NCBI GenBank assembly: GCA_001795615.1
Contig: MGKI01000002.1
Coordinates: 2,760-66,759 of the forward strand
Direction of reading: 5' to 3'
Source: Candidatus Yanofskybacteria bacterium RIFCSPLOWO2_01_FULL_42_49
Lineage (GTDB): Bacteria; Patescibacteriota; Minisyncoccia; 2-02-FULL-40-12; GWA2-44-9
DNA: 64,000 bases
Shown here: positions 1 through 9,864 of the stretch, in pieces
Layout: the number at the start of each line of letters is the position of its first letter
Numbering within the stretch: the first letter of the stretch is position 1
Program-made: the position numbers and the translations under genes
Notes under the pieces: model-generated
The model's database searches: none
Seen by the model: only the letters and a program-made list of their open reading frames with translations
Told to the model about the DNA's origin: nothing

Positions 1-1189
1 GTATGGATGTACCGCCGACAGTGAAAGCGGTGACGCCCGTAAAGCTTTGGACAACATTAGGCAATACGGCAATCACGCCCAAGAACAAGGCACCCACCAA
101 AGTTATCCTATTCAATAAAAATAATAGAAACTGCGCCGTCATCGGTCCCGGTCTTATTCCAGGAATATATCCGCCTTGTTTTTGAATATTGTCGGATATG
201 GATTTGGGATCAAAAGTAACCGCAGTATAGAAGTAAGTAAACAGGACGACAAGCAAAAAGTAGAAAGTTGAATACCAGGCGTTGGACTGTAAAAATCCAC
301 TGACAAAAGCTGCGGATTTGGCGATAAACGCATTGCCAGAAACCGATAAAAAATTAGCAATCATGCCCGGAAAAAGAAGAATTGACAATGCAAAAATTAT
401 AGGAATAACTCCCGCATTATTCACTCTCATCGGGAGATAAGTCGAAACGCCGCCATACACTCTCATGCCACGAATTCGTCTAGCATAATTAATGGGAATA
501 TTCCTTTGAGCTTCTGATACATAAATAACGCCTACTATAACCACAAGAGCAATGACAACAAAGCCGACATAGGTGAAAAGTTGGGTCGGATCATAAGTAA
601 AAATTGTTTGCCTTAAGGCGCTAGGAAAGCCTGCAACTATTCCAGCCAAGATTAAAATAGAAACGCCGTTGCCAAGATTTTTTTCGGTTATCAGTTCGCC
701 AAGCCACATCAAAAACACGCTACCGGCGATAATCACAGATATTGCACTAACCCACTCTAAGAGAGACAAACTTCCGATTACCCCCTGACGCGACAGCAAA
801 ACTAAAAAACCATATCCTTGCAAAGCGGCCAAGGGCACAGTCAATAAACGCGAATACTGGTTGAATTTCATCCTACCCGCCTCGCCTTCGTACTTATACA
901 TCTGCTCCAACGAGGGAAAAATCATTGTAAGAAGCTGCATAATAATTGATCCTGTAATATAAGGACCCAGACCAAGCATGCCGATCGATAGCGCCGCCAA
1001 GGACCCGCCCGTAAATGTACTTATAAGGCCAAAAAACTGATTCTGGGCAAAAAACTCTCTCAACTGAGAAGAATCAACGGCTGGAATTGGAATGTTAGAA
1101 ATCAATCTAAAAACAACCAGAATAGCCAAAATAAATAGCACCTTATTCCTTAGGTCGGGCCGTTTGAAGATTTGTAGTAGTTTGTTCAC
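1..1189 (-). CDS. secY: Preprotein translocase subunit SecY (3' end runs off window)
   Basis: GTG start, MNKLLQIFKRPDLRNKV...; motifs GLGPYITGSIIMQLL, GNGVSILI, GGYIPGIRPG read on minus strand; follows rplO. Confidence 0.95.
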   Translation of the reverse strand, partial: MNKLLQIFKRPDLRNKVLFILAILVVFRLISNIPIPAVDSSQLREFFAQNQFFGLISTFTGGSLAALSIGMLGLGPYITGSIIMQLLTMIFPSLEQMYKYEGEAGRMKFNQYSRLLTVPLAALQGYGFLVLLSRQGVIGSLSLLEWVSAISVIIAGSVFLMWLGELITEKNLGNGVSILILAGIVAGFPSALRQTIFTYDPTQLFTYVGFVVIALVVIVGVIYVSEAQRNIPINYARRIRGMRVYGGVSTYLPMRVNNAGVIPIIFALSILLFPGMIANFLSVSGNAFIAKSAAFVSGFLQSNAWYSTFYFLLVVLFTYFYTAVTFDPKSISDNIQKQGGYIPGIRPGPMTAQFLLFLLNRITLVGALFLGVIAVLPNVVQSFTGVTAFTVGGTSI

Positions 1190-1267
1190 TATTTAGGTTT
1201 TAGGTTTTAGGTTTTAGGTTTTAGGTTTTTTATTAACCTAATCCCTAATTTCCTAACACCTAATGCT

Positions 1268-1741
1268 CTACTTAATTGTTCCGCCGGCTTTTACTATCTT
1301 ACCCCTCGCCGATTTTGACAAGCTGAATCCTTCAAATACAAGCTTCTTGCTTAACTCACCGTCTCCAAGTATTTTTACTTCTTTGTTTTGCTTACCTAAA
1401 ATTCCTCTGTCAAAAAGAAGTTTCGGGTTAACCGTATCGCCGTCGTTAAATTTATTAAATTCTTCCACATTAACTGCCGCCGGCTTATCCTGCTTCAGTC
1501 TGTAAAATCTGTGTTTTGCATACACGCCGGAACCGCCCGGCTTTTTGGAAGCTCCTCTTTGTTTTGGAAACAACTGCCAGATTCGGTTATCTCCTCCTCG
1601 AAAACCCGGCCTTACGCTGGCGCCAGCTCTTGATTTTTGTCCCTTAGTGCCATGTCCGGAAAAAGTCCCGCGCTTACCGCCGCGACCAATTCGCTTACCA
1701 GATTTTCTAGGAGTTTTCGATTGTAGATTAGATAGGTTCAT
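1268..1741 (-). CDS. rplO: 50S ribosomal protein L15
   Basis: RIGRGGKRGTFSGHGTKGQKSRAG, KILGDG; spc operon position. Confidence 0.97.
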   Translation of the reverse strand: MNLSNLQSKTPRKSGKRIGRGGKRGTFSGHGTKGQKSRAGASVRPGFRGGDNRIWQLFPKQRGASKKPGGSGVYAKHRFYRLKQDKPAAVNVEEFNKFNDGDTVNPKLLFDRGILGKQNKEVKILGDGELSKKLVFEGFSLSKSARGKIVKAGGTIK

Positions 1742-1817
1742 ATTAATTTAAATTCGAAATGTTTTTAATTTTTGGATTTTGGTCATTTGAGCTTGTTTAG
1801 GATTTAGAGATTAGAAT

Positions 1818-2369
1818 TTAGGATTTCACTCGAAGTTTTTTCAAAGCTTCGAGTGTTGCTTGGGCAATATTAATTTTGTTATTTGTTCTACTGATTAATT
1901 TTCCAGTCAAGCTGGTTATGCCAGCAAGTTTTGCCACTACTCTGACCGGGCCACCGGCTTTAACTCCGCTTTTTGAGGGCTTTAATATAACTTCCGCACT
2001 ATTATATTTTGCCTCAACCTGATACGGAATAGTACCCCCAACTAACGGTATGGCTATTAAATTTTTCTTAGCTTTGTTAAAAGCTTTCTGAATAGACTGG
2101 GCCACATCTTTTCCTTTAGCCATACCAAGACCAATCCTGCCCTTTCCATCTCCTATAGCTATGGTCGTTCTGAAACTAAATCTTTTTCCGCCCTTTGTTA
2201 CCCTGGTAACCCTCGCTATGTCGAGCACTTTTTGTTCATACTCTGATTTTTTATCACCGCCAAAATCACCGCCTTTTTTAAAACCGCCCCTTCTACCTCC
2301 CTGAAAGTTACTACCGCCTCTTGCCTGACCCTGGTTCGGTCCCCTAAAATTGTTATTTTGATTGTTCAT
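1818..2369 (-). CDS. rpsE: 30S ribosomal protein S5
   Basis: RVTRVTKGGKRFSF motif. Confidence 0.97.
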   Translation of the reverse strand: MNNQNNNFRGPNQGQARGGSNFQGGRRGGFKKGGDFGGDKKSEYEQKVLDIARVTRVTKGGKRFSFRTTIAIGDGKGRIGLGMAKGKDVAQSIQKAFNKAKKNLIAIPLVGGTIPYQVEAKYNSAEVILKPSKSGVKAGGPVRVVAKLAGITSLTGKLISRTNNKINIAQATLEALKKLRVKS

Positions 2370-2371
2370 AA

Positions 2372-2803
2372 TTAAAATTTTATTCCGCCTTTTCTTAAAC
2401 CGTCGGCAACGGCTTTTATGCGGCCGTGAAATTTAAACCCCCCTCGGTCAAAAACGGCTTCTTTGATCCCCGACTCTTTAGCCTTTTCAGCAAGCATTTC
2501 ACCTATTTTTGTCGCCTTATCTGTTTTCGTGCCCACGGAGACCCGGCTACCTAGACCCGGCTCCGCACGGGTCCCTCTTGGCGAACGCACGGGTCCCTCT
2601 CCGCGACCAATCTTGCTTTTTTTATCTGCTACAACCTTGCTACTCAAGATAGTTTTGCCTGTTTCATCATCTATAAATTGGGTAAAAATATGCTTATTGC
2701 TTTTAAAAACCGAAATTCTAGGCCGCTCACTAGTGCCCTTAACCAAAGCTCTTACTCGAGAGTGGCGTCTTTGCCTATTTAGTTGTTTTGTTTTAAAATT
2801 CAC
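2372..2803 (-). CDS. rplR: 50S ribosomal protein L18 with ~25-aa GC-rich insertion
   Basis: RPRISVFKSNKHI, VFDRGGFKFHGRIKAVAD; insertion GRGEGPVRSPRGTRAEPGLGSRVSV. Confidence 0.95.
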   Translation of the reverse strand: MNFKTKQLNRQRRHSRVRALVKGTSERPRISVFKSNKHIFTQFIDDETGKTILSSKVVADKKSKIGRGEGPVRSPRGTRAEPGLGSRVSVGTKTDKATKIGEMLAEKAKESGIKEAVFDRGGFKFHGRIKAVADGLRKGGIKF

Positions 2804-2889
2804 CGAGGGTTTTGGGTTTTAGATTTTAGGTTTTAGGTTTTTATTTTCTTAAACCTAATCACCTAAATACCTAACACCTAGAAGCTATT

Positions 2890-3426
2890 TTATCCCGCTG
2901 CCACTGCTTTCTTACCCGCTTTTTTCTTGATAATTTCATTCTTGTATCTTATGCCGCTGCCCTTATAGGGTTCCGGGGGTCTTTTCGATCTTATTTCAGC
3001 CGCCACCTTGCCAACCAACTCTTTGTCAAGTCCTGATATTTTTATTGAATTTTTTTCTACGCTAAACATAATTCCTTCAACGGCAGAAATAGTTACGGGG
3101 TGAGAGAACCCCAAGCCAAGCTCAAGACCCCCCTCTTTTGCGTTAGCTTTGTAGCCAATGCCCTGAAACTCTAATATTTTATTAAAACCATTTGTAACCC
3201 CAATAACCATATTAGCGATAAGAGCTCTTTGCAAGCCCCATTTGGCTGAATTATCTTCTCCTTTGGGAGAAAGTCTGATTAAATTTCCTTCAATTATAAC
3301 TTCCGATCCTTTTACTAAGGGCTTGGTTAATTCTCCTTTCGGGCCTTTTACAAAAATACTGTCTCCTTCTATCTTTACCGTAACACCGTTTGGAATTTCA
3401 ATTGGTTTTTTGCCGATTTTGGACAA
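2890..3426 (-). CDS. rplF: 50S ribosomal protein L6
   Basis: MSKIGKKPI, PPEPYKGSGIRY. Confidence 0.97.
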   Translation of the reverse strand: MSKIGKKPIEIPNGVTVKIEGDSIFVKGPKGELTKPLVKGSEVIIEGNLIRLSPKGEDNSAKWGLQRALIANMVIGVTNGFNKILEFQGIGYKANAKEGGLELGLGFSHPVTISAVEGIMFSVEKNSIKISGLDKELVGKVAAEIRSKRPPEPYKGSGIRYKNEIIKKKAGKKAVAAG

Positions 3427-3508
3427 ACTAGAATTTAGAATTTAGAATTTAGAATTTAGAATAAGGACTTTGATCCAGATTCTAGCTTCCAGATTCTAGA
3501 TTCTGTTT

Positions 3509-3907
3509 TTACCACACTTCAAACAACATCTCCCCCCCCAGATTCTGTTTCCTTGCTTCTTTTGAACTCATTATTCCTTTAGGAGTTGAGACTACTGCCA
3601 TTCCGTGTCCCGATCTTACCGGTTTTATTTGGCTGGCCTTAATATACATTCTCCTTGATGGGCGACTAATAATCTTGATTCCGCTTACGGCCGGACCATG
3701 TCCGTCATATTTTAATGTAATAAATATCTGTTCATGTTCAGACTTTTTTGTTTTTCTTGTTTTTCTTTCCACTCCAACTAAGTACCCCCCCGCTTTCATG
3801 ATATTAGCTACATCAAATTTCATTCTTGAAAACGGTAAAACAACGGATTCTTTGTTTACCGCTTGAGCATTCATTATTTGTACTAACATATCTGATATGG
3901 GATACAT
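3509..3907 (-). CDS. rpsH: 30S ribosomal protein S8
   Basis: PISDML, SRPSRRMY, STPKGIM; start moved to MYPISD. Confidence 0.95.
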   Translation of the reverse strand: MYPISDMLVQIMNAQAVNKESVVLPFSRMKFDVANIMKAGGYLVGVERKTRKTKKSEHEQIFITLKYDGHGPAVSGIKIISRPSRRMYIKASQIKPVRSGHGMAVVSTPKGIMSSKEARKQNLGGEMLFEVW

Positions 3908-4047
3908 AAATAATTTAATAATCAATCACCCTGCCTACCGGCAGGCAGGCAATGATCAATAACCAATAAATAATCAATTTCTAAACATTTTAAACATTTA
4001 AAGTTTTATTGGGTATTGGATGTTGGTTATTGGTCATTTCAAATATT

Positions 4048-4233
4048 TTACCAGCTGCTTTTTTTAACTCCTGGCAACAATCCTTGGCTCGCCAACTCTC
4101 TGAAATGAATCCTGCACAATCCAAATTTTCTCATATATCCTCCTTTTCTTCCGCACATAAAGCATCTCAACACCGTGCGCGTAGAAAATTTCGGTTTTTT
4201 GTTTGATCTTGCTATTGTAGACTTCTTAGCCAT
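4048..4233 (-). CDS. rpsN: 30S ribosomal protein S14 (short zinc-binding type)
   Basis: 61 aa, RCFMCGR...[10 protein letters not shown]...PGVKKSSW. Confidence 0.96.
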   Translation of the reverse strand: MAKKSTIARSNKKPKFSTRTVLRCFMCGRKGGYMRKFGLCRIHFRELASQGLLPGVKKSSW

Positions 4234-4326
4234 GTTTCAAATTTAAAATTTAAAAATCAAAATGAAAAATTACAGTGTAAAATTTTAAAATTTTGAATTG
4301 TCATTTTCCATTTTGATATTTGCATT

Positions 4327-4869
4327 TTACATTTTCTTGATGGGAAATCCCATCAAGCGCAACAATGCCATCCCTTTTTCTTTGTCCATGCTTGTCGTTA
4401 CCACCGTCACTTCCAAGCTGAAAATGTCTTTCAATGTTTCATAGGTAACTTCCGGGAAAACGCTTGACTCCTTCATCCCCAAGTTTAAATTACCGTTCTT
4501 ATCAAAATTTTTTGTATCTATCCCCCTGAAATCTTTGGATCTTGGCAGAGCGATGGATATTAACCTATCTATAAAATCATACATTCTTTTTCCGCGCAAA
4601 GTAACAGACAGGCCAACATTCATCCCTTCTCTTAATTTAAAACTGGATATGGACTTCTTCGCTTTTCTGAACACTGGTTTTTGGCCGGTAAGTTTGGCCA
4701 GATCGGCAACTATTTTTTCTACAGCCTTATCGTCTTTTGTAATTTTGCCTATCCCAACATTAACCACTACCTTCTCGACTTTGGGAACGGCCATTATGTT
4801 TTTAATACTAAACTCTTTCTGCAAAGCAGGAATAATTGATTTTCGATAGTTTTGAATTAATCTAGACAT
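4327..4869 (-). CDS. rplE: 50S ribosomal protein L5
   Basis: KVVVNVGIG, TGQKP, VTLRGKRMY. Confidence 0.97.
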   Translation of the reverse strand: MSRLIQNYRKSIIPALQKEFSIKNIMAVPKVEKVVVNVGIGKITKDDKAVEKIVADLAKLTGQKPVFRKAKKSISSFKLREGMNVGLSVTLRGKRMYDFIDRLISIALPRSKDFRGIDTKNFDKNGNLNLGMKESSVFPEVTYETLKDIFSLEVTVVTTSMDKEKGMALLRLMGFPIKKM

Positions 4870-4886
4870 AAATAAGGCGGGTATTA

Positions 4887-5192
4887 TTATACTTCATTTC
4901 TACATTTTTTACAAATTCTCACTTTGTTATTTCCTTCGAATTTATATCCAACTCTGGTTGGCTTACCACAGGATTTACAGACCAAGGCAACGCTTGATGC
5001 CGAAACAGCTCTTTCTTTGTGTATGACCTGGCCTTTCTGGCCTTGTTTTCTTGCTCGGACATGCTTTTTAATTAAATTGAGTCCTTCAACCACAACCCTG
5101 TCTTTTTGTGGCAAAATCAAAATCACCTTAGCTTTTTTGCCCCGGTCTTTGCCGCTTAACATTATTACATTGTCATTTCGTTTTATCTTCAA
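4887..5192 (-). CDS. rplX: 50S ribosomal protein L24
   Basis: KOW motif GKDRGKK, VVVEGLN. Confidence 0.96.
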   Translation of the reverse strand: MKIKRNDNVIMLSGKDRGKKAKVILILPQKDRVVVEGLNLIKKHVRARKQGQKGQVIHKERAVSASSVALVCKSCGKPTRVGYKFEGNNKVRICKKCRNEV

Positions 5193-5263
5193 AACTAGTT
5201 TCTAGTTTCTAGTTTCTAGTTTACAGATTGCTGTCAACTGTAAACTGTCAACTGTAAACCGTC

Positions 5264-5629
5264 TTACACTACTTCCTCTGCCAACGATGCTATGGTATTA
5301 AATCCTTTCTCTTTTATTTCTCTCGGTATCGGGCCGAATATTCTCCCGCCTTTCGGTTCCATGCCATCCAATATCACAACTGCGTTGTCGTCAAATCTGA
5401 TGTATGTACCGTCTTTCCTTCTGAAGGGTTTCCTTTGTCTGACAACAACCGCCCGCAATACTTCTTTTTTCTTTACCGTCTTTCTCGGTTCAGCAACTTT
5501 TACCGAAACAACAACCATATCTCCTATCTGAGCATATCGCCTTTTAGATCCTCCGAGTACCTTAAAGACGCCAACCTTTTTCGCTCCGCTGTTATCTGCT
5601 ACTTCTACTATTGAACGTAATTGCAACAT
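5264..5629 (-). CDS. rplN: 50S ribosomal protein L14
   Basis: [22 protein letters not shown]; true start MLQLRS (upstream ORF extension is a repeat). Confidence 0.97.
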   Translation of the reverse strand: MLQLRSIVEVADNSGAKKVGVFKVLGGSKRRYAQIGDMVVVSVKVAEPRKTVKKKEVLRAVVVRQRKPFRRKDGTYIRFDDNAVVILDGMEPKGGRIFGPIPREIKEKGFNTIASLAEEVV

Positions 5630-5795
5630 AATAAAATAATCTCTAAATCCTAAACACCTGCCTGCCGGCAGGCAGGAATCCAAAATTCTCAGCCTGAGGC
5701 TGATCCGCCTCTGGCGGAAAATATTTAAACTGTTTTTGATTTTGATATTTGGTCATTTGATATTGTTTAGAAATTAGATATTAGAAATTAGAAAT

Positions 5796-6050
5796 TTAAT
5801 CAACTCTGTTGATTATTGTCCATCTTTTGTCTTTCGACACCGGCTTTGTTTCTTTTATCAAAACTTTTTCGCCTATTTTATAAACGCCCTCCGCATCATG
5901 TGCCTTGAATCTTTTAGACACACTATAGTATTTTTTGTATTTTGGATGCTTTTTCATCCGCGAAACTTCAACAACTACAGTTTTCTGCATTTTATCAGAC
6001 ACCACAACGCCTTTTAATATTCTCTGTTTTGAATTTTGAATTTTAGTCAT
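5796..6050 (-). CDS. rpsQ: 30S ribosomal protein S17
   Basis: GVVVSDKMQKTVVV, ETKPVSKDKRW. Confidence 0.97.
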   Translation of the reverse strand: MTKIQNSKQRILKGVVVSDKMQKTVVVEVSRMKKHPKYKKYYSVSKRFKAHDAEGVYKIGEKVLIKETKPVSKDKRWTIINRVD

Positions 6051-6060
6051 TGTTTAAAGT

Positions 6061-6270
6061 TTAAAGTTTAGGGTTTAGGGTTTGCGAATTTTGACTTTTC
6101 AATAAAGTCAAAATTCGTGCTATGTCTTTTTTTATTTTCTTAATTTGACTTGTATCCTTCAGGGCATGAGCTTCTAATTCGAAACTGATTTTGGCTAGTT
6201 TAATTTTCAGGTCGCTTAAAGACCCTTCTAACTCTTTCGATGTTTTATTTTTTAAGTCAGTTGATTTCAT
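6061..6270 (-). CDS. rpmC: 50S ribosomal protein L29
   Basis: IKKIKKDIARILT; position between rplP and rpsQ. Confidence 0.93.
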   Translation of the reverse strand: MKSTDLKNKTSKELEGSLSDLKIKLAKISFELEAHALKDTSQIKKIKKDIARILTLLKSQNSQTLNPKL

Positions 6271-6671
6271 CTTTTAACTATCCTCACTTTAATTGGTAAT
6301 TTATGCGCAGCCAGCCTTAATGCTTCTCTGGCCTGTTCTTCCGATAAACCGTCAATCTCAAATATCATTCTTCCCGCTTCTACTGGTACTACAAAATGAG
6401 AGAGGGCACCTCTGCCACCGCCCATTCCAACTTCAGAACTTTTGGATGTTCTCGGTTTGTCTGGAAAAACTCTTGTCCATATTTTACCCCCTCTTTGGAT
6501 AAATCTAGCCATAACTTTGCGGGCAGACTCAAGCTGGTTCGATTTCAACCAAGACGATTCTTCGGATTTAAGGCCGAATGTACCAAAACTTAACTCAGCG
6601 CCACGAGATGTGCGATTTTTCAATTTGCCCTTGTGGACTTTAGTGTGTTTTACGCGACTAGGCTGTAACAT
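6267..6671 (-). CDS. rplP: 50S ribosomal protein L16
   Basis: GKIWTRVFPDKP, MGGGRG, AAHKLP. Confidence 0.97.
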   Translation of the reverse strand: MLQPSRVKHTKVHKGKLKNRTSRGAELSFGTFGLKSEESSWLKSNQLESARKVMARFIQRGGKIWTRVFPDKPRTSKSSEVGMGGGRGALSHFVVPVEAGRMIFEIDGLSEEQAREALRLAAHKLPIKVRIVKR

Positions 6672-6720
6672 AACTAAGTTTAAATATTTAAATATTTAAA
6701 TATTGTCATATTGAAGTTTT

Positions 6721-7359
6721 TCATTTTTGAAAAACTTCTCCCTTATATATCCATACTTTCACTCCGATTGTTCCGTATGTTGTCATGGCAGTTGCCTTTG
6801 CAAAGTCGATGTCGGCCCTGATAGTCTGAAGGGGTAAACTGCCTTGTTCAAGATGCTCTAGTCTTGCAATCTCAGCACCGTCTAAGCGGCCGCTTATTTG
6901 CATTTTAACTCCAGCCACATCTTTGTTCGCTATTATCTTCGCTACAGTTTGCTTCATGACTCTTCTGAATGGTATCCTCTTCTCGATTTGATCGACTACG
7001 GACTCAGCCATTATGGCAGCCGAGGCTTCTGGATTTTTTACTTCTTGAATTTCTACCCTAATACCGACTTTTTTCTTAAGAAGCTGCCGGACTGCTGATT
7101 TTAACTCTTCCACTCCAGTACCGCCTCTGCCAATTATTAAACCGGGCCTTGCCGTATATATTAAAATGTTGAGCATGTCTGTCCCTCTTTCAAGTTCAAT
7201 TCTGTCAACCGCAGTATTTTTTAATCGTTTGCTAAGAAAGTCCCTCACCGCAACATCATTTTTTAAATACTCCACATATTTTCTACGACCAAACCATCGG
7301 GACAACCAGTCCTTATTTATTCCTATTCGATATGATGTTGGTGATATTTTTTGTCCCAA
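6721..7359 (-). CDS. rpsC: 30S ribosomal protein S3
   Basis: MGQKISP, RPGLIIGRGG, GRLDGAEIAR. Confidence 0.97.
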   Translation of the reverse strand: MGQKISPTSYRIGINKDWLSRWFGRRKYVEYLKNDVAVRDFLSKRLKNTAVDRIELERGTDMLNILIYTARPGLIIGRGGTGVEELKSAVRQLLKKKVGIRVEIQEVKNPEASAAIMAESVVDQIEKRIPFRRVMKQTVAKIIANKDVAGVKMQISGRLDGAEIARLEHLEQGSLPLQTIRADIDFAKATAMTTYGTIGVKVWIYKGEVFQK

Positions 7360-7436
7360 ACTGGTTAGTTTTTAGTTTCTAGTTTTTAGTTTCTAGTTTT
7401 AAAGCTAGAAACTAGTCGCTAGAAGCTAGAAACTAG

Positions 7437-7946
7437 TTATATGGCTTTTCTTCTGAACACTCTCTTGCCCAAACTCTTTAAAACATTTTCTTTTCGACCC
7501 AATTCTGTTTTAATTTCCGGCCTTTTTACTTCTTGTTTGTCAGATTCCGATGTTTGTCCGAATTCCTTTTCCTTGACCCTCTTTTCAATCGGCGATCTCT
7601 TTAAACCAGCTACCCTCTCCGCTAAAATTACTTCTATGTGGCTCGTTTTCTTTTCTATTGGGGAAACCCTTCCAAAACCTTTCGGCTTGAACCTCTTCAG
7701 CTTAACACCTTCGTCAACCTTTATACTTTTAACATACAGGTTATCTTTTACCATGTTGTAGGTGTTTTCTGCATTAGCTATGGCCGATTTTAATAACTTT
7801 ATAACAGGCGAGCTCGGACGCTTAATCATAGCCTCAAGTTGACTAATGGCATCAAGCGCATTTTTTCCTTTTATCAGATTCGAAACAGCTCTAACCTTTC
7901 TTGGAGCCAATCGTAGGTTATTCAGTTGTGCTTTTACTTCTGCCAT
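7437..7946 (-). CDS. rplV: 50S ribosomal protein L22 with C-terminal extension
   Basis: LRLAPRKVR, SAIANAE, KTSHI. Confidence 0.96.
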   Translation of the reverse strand: MAEVKAQLNNLRLAPRKVRAVSNLIKGKNALDAISQLEAMIKRPSSPVIKLLKSAIANAENTYNMVKDNLYVKSIKVDEGVKLKRFKPKGFGRVSPIEKKTSHIEVILAERVAGLKRSPIEKRVKEKEFGQTSESDKQEVKRPEIKTELGRKENVLKSLGKRVFRRKAI

Positions 7947-8019
7947 TTTTAGGTTTTAGATTTTAGGTTTTAGATTTTAGGTTTTTTACCTAATTACCTA
8001 ACACCTATCACCTAATAAG

Positions 8020-8373
8020 CTATTTCTTCGGTGCTTCTCCTTCCGCTGGTGCTACTTTTGCTGCTTGCGCCGCTTCTATTTCTTTCTGCTTTTGGGCCGC
8101 TTCCAATTCTTTCTGCATTCTCCCTCCGTGTCTCACAAATTTTCTAGTCGGAGAAAATTCTCCAAGTTTATGGCCAACCAAATCCTCTGTAATAAAAACT
8201 GGAATGTGTACTCTACCATTATGAACGCCAAACGTAAAACCGATCATCTCTGGAATAATCGTACAGGCTCTTGACCATGTTTTAATTATTATTTTGTCGC
8301 CCGCCCTTAAACTGGCTATTTTTTTTAACAGCCTTTGATCGACATATGGTCCCTTTTTAAGTGATCGTGACAA
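8020..8373 (-). CDS. rpsS: 30S ribosomal protein S19
   Basis: [23 protein letters not shown]. Confidence 0.97.
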   Translation of the reverse strand: MSRSLKKGPYVDQRLLKKIASLRAGDKIIIKTWSRACTIIPEMIGFTFGVHNGRVHIPVFITEDLVGHKLGEFSPTRKFVRHGGRMQKELEAAQKQKEIEAAQAAKVAPAEGEAPKK

Positions 8374-8439
8374 ATTAGTTTCTAGTTTCTAGTTTCTAGC
8401 TTACAGATTCTATCAACTGTAAACTGTAAACAGTAAACT

Positions 8440-9264
8440 CTATTTAGTTCTCCTTCTAACAATGAATTTATTTGATTTCTTCTTCTTGTTTCTGGTTTTT
8501 CTTCCTCCCGTAATTTTCCCTTGAGCCGTTTTCGGCCTTTTTGTCCCGCGTCCTTGCCTTCCCTCTCCTCCTCCATAAGGATGGTCTACTGGGTTCATAA
8601 CAGTGCCTCTTACTTTTGGTCTTCTGCCCAGCCACCTTGTTCTTCCGGCTTTGCCTAAAACAACCGAACTATGCTCCATATTGGACAACTGTCCCAATGA
8701 CGCGTAGCTTTCACCTGATATCGTTCTGGTTTCCGATGATGGCATTATTAATTGAACATGGCCACCTTCGCTGGCAAGCACTGTTGCCGCTCCGCCGGCT
8801 GATCTTATTAGCCTACCGCCTTGCCCGGGCCTGAGTTCAACATTATGAACCATAGAGCCCTGCGGAATATTTTTTAATTTCATCCTGTTGCCCGGCCGAA
8901 GCGGCGCTTTTTCAGCCGTAATCACATCATCCCCAACCTTAATATCTTGCGGAGCAAGAATGTATCTTTTGTCTCCGTCAGCGTAGTTTATTCGGGCTAT
9001 TCTGGTAGTTCTATTCGGATCGTATTCTATCGAAAAAATCTTACCGGGAATATTCAACTTGTTCTGTTTAAAATCAATCTCTCTATACAGCCTCTTAGCA
9101 CCGCCGCCTCTGTACTTGCTGGTGATTCTGCCCTTATTGTTTCTTCCCCATGACCTTATTAATCCTTTGGTGGCCGACCTTAACGGACCGACCTTTGATA
9201 GTCCGCTAAAATCATATCCCTTCATGTGCCTCCTTGACGGAGTTGTTGGTGAATAACTTTTCAT
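8440..9264 (-). CDS. rplB: 50S ribosomal protein L2
   Basis: EYDPNR, MNPVDHPYGGGEG. Confidence 0.98.
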   Translation of the reverse strand: MKSYSPTTPSRRHMKGYDFSGLSKVGPLRSATKGLIRSWGRNNKGRITSKYRGGGAKRLYREIDFKQNKLNIPGKIFSIEYDPNRTTRIARINYADGDKRYILAPQDIKVGDDVITAEKAPLRPGNRMKLKNIPQGSMVHNVELRPGQGGRLIRSAGGAATVLASEGGHVQLIMPSSETRTISGESYASLGQLSNMEHSSVVLGKAGRTRWLGRRPKVRGTVMNPVDHPYGGGEGRQGRGTKRPKTAQGKITGGRKTRNKKKKSNKFIVRRRTK

Positions 9265-9429
9265 AAACTTTAACCTTTAAAACACAAGGCACAGGAACCA
9301 AATCACAAATGTTTTGGTCTCTGTGTTTTTCTTAAGTTTATGTTTTATTTGTGTTTTGTGCATTTGTGTTTTGTGTTTTTTAATTTGGGGTTTATTTAGA
9401 AATTAGTAATTAGAAATTAGAAATTCTCG

Positions 9430-9864
9430 TCAGGCCTTAGCCTGATCGATGGCATATCCTTCTCTTAAAACCACCACTGCCTTTTTAATGCCTGCCTTAA
9501 ATCCTGAATGTCGGCCCACACTTCTTTTTTTCTTCGGCAAATTTATCATCTTAACTCCCTTAACTTTAACACCGAAACTTTTTTCAACCTGCTTTTTGAC
9601 TTCATTTTTAGTCGTATCATCAAAAACTTTAAAAACATACTGGTTTGAGGCATTAAGAACTGACGCTTTCTCGCTCACATAAAAACCCTTCAGAACCCCG
9701 TATTCCGTCGGTAATACAGCAAGCGAACCGGTCTTTTCAACTTCCTTCTCTGCGGTCGGAGACTCTTGAACGGTTATTTCGTTCCCTTGCTTTTGGCCGG
9801 TCTTTTCCTTCGTCTCTGAGTCGCGGGTGTCTCCGGTAGTTTTTTTATCTTTTTTCCAAAACAT
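9430..9864 (-). CDS. rplW: 50S ribosomal protein L23 with N-terminal extension
   Basis: SEKAS, NQYVFKV, KKAVVVL. Confidence 0.93.
   Translation of the reverse strand: MFWKKDKKTTGDTRDSETKEKTGQKQGNEITVQESPTAEKEVEKTGSLAVLPTEYGVLKGFYVSEKASVLNASNQYVFKVFDDTTKNEVKKQVEKSFGVKVKGVKMINLPKKKRSVGRHSGFKAGIKKAVVVLREGYAIDQAKA

Noticed and set aside
1194-1230. TAGGTTT arrays as telomeric or eukaryotic contamination
   Set aside because: Short arrays embedded between collinear bacterial operon genes.
5630-5683. N-terminal extension MDSCLPAGR.. of rplN (also ORF-caller extensions of rpsH, the S2P gene, tkt-C and GIY-YIG 61436-61558)
   Set aside because: Extensions translate intergenic repeats or overlap neighbouring genes; homology begins at the downstream starts used.
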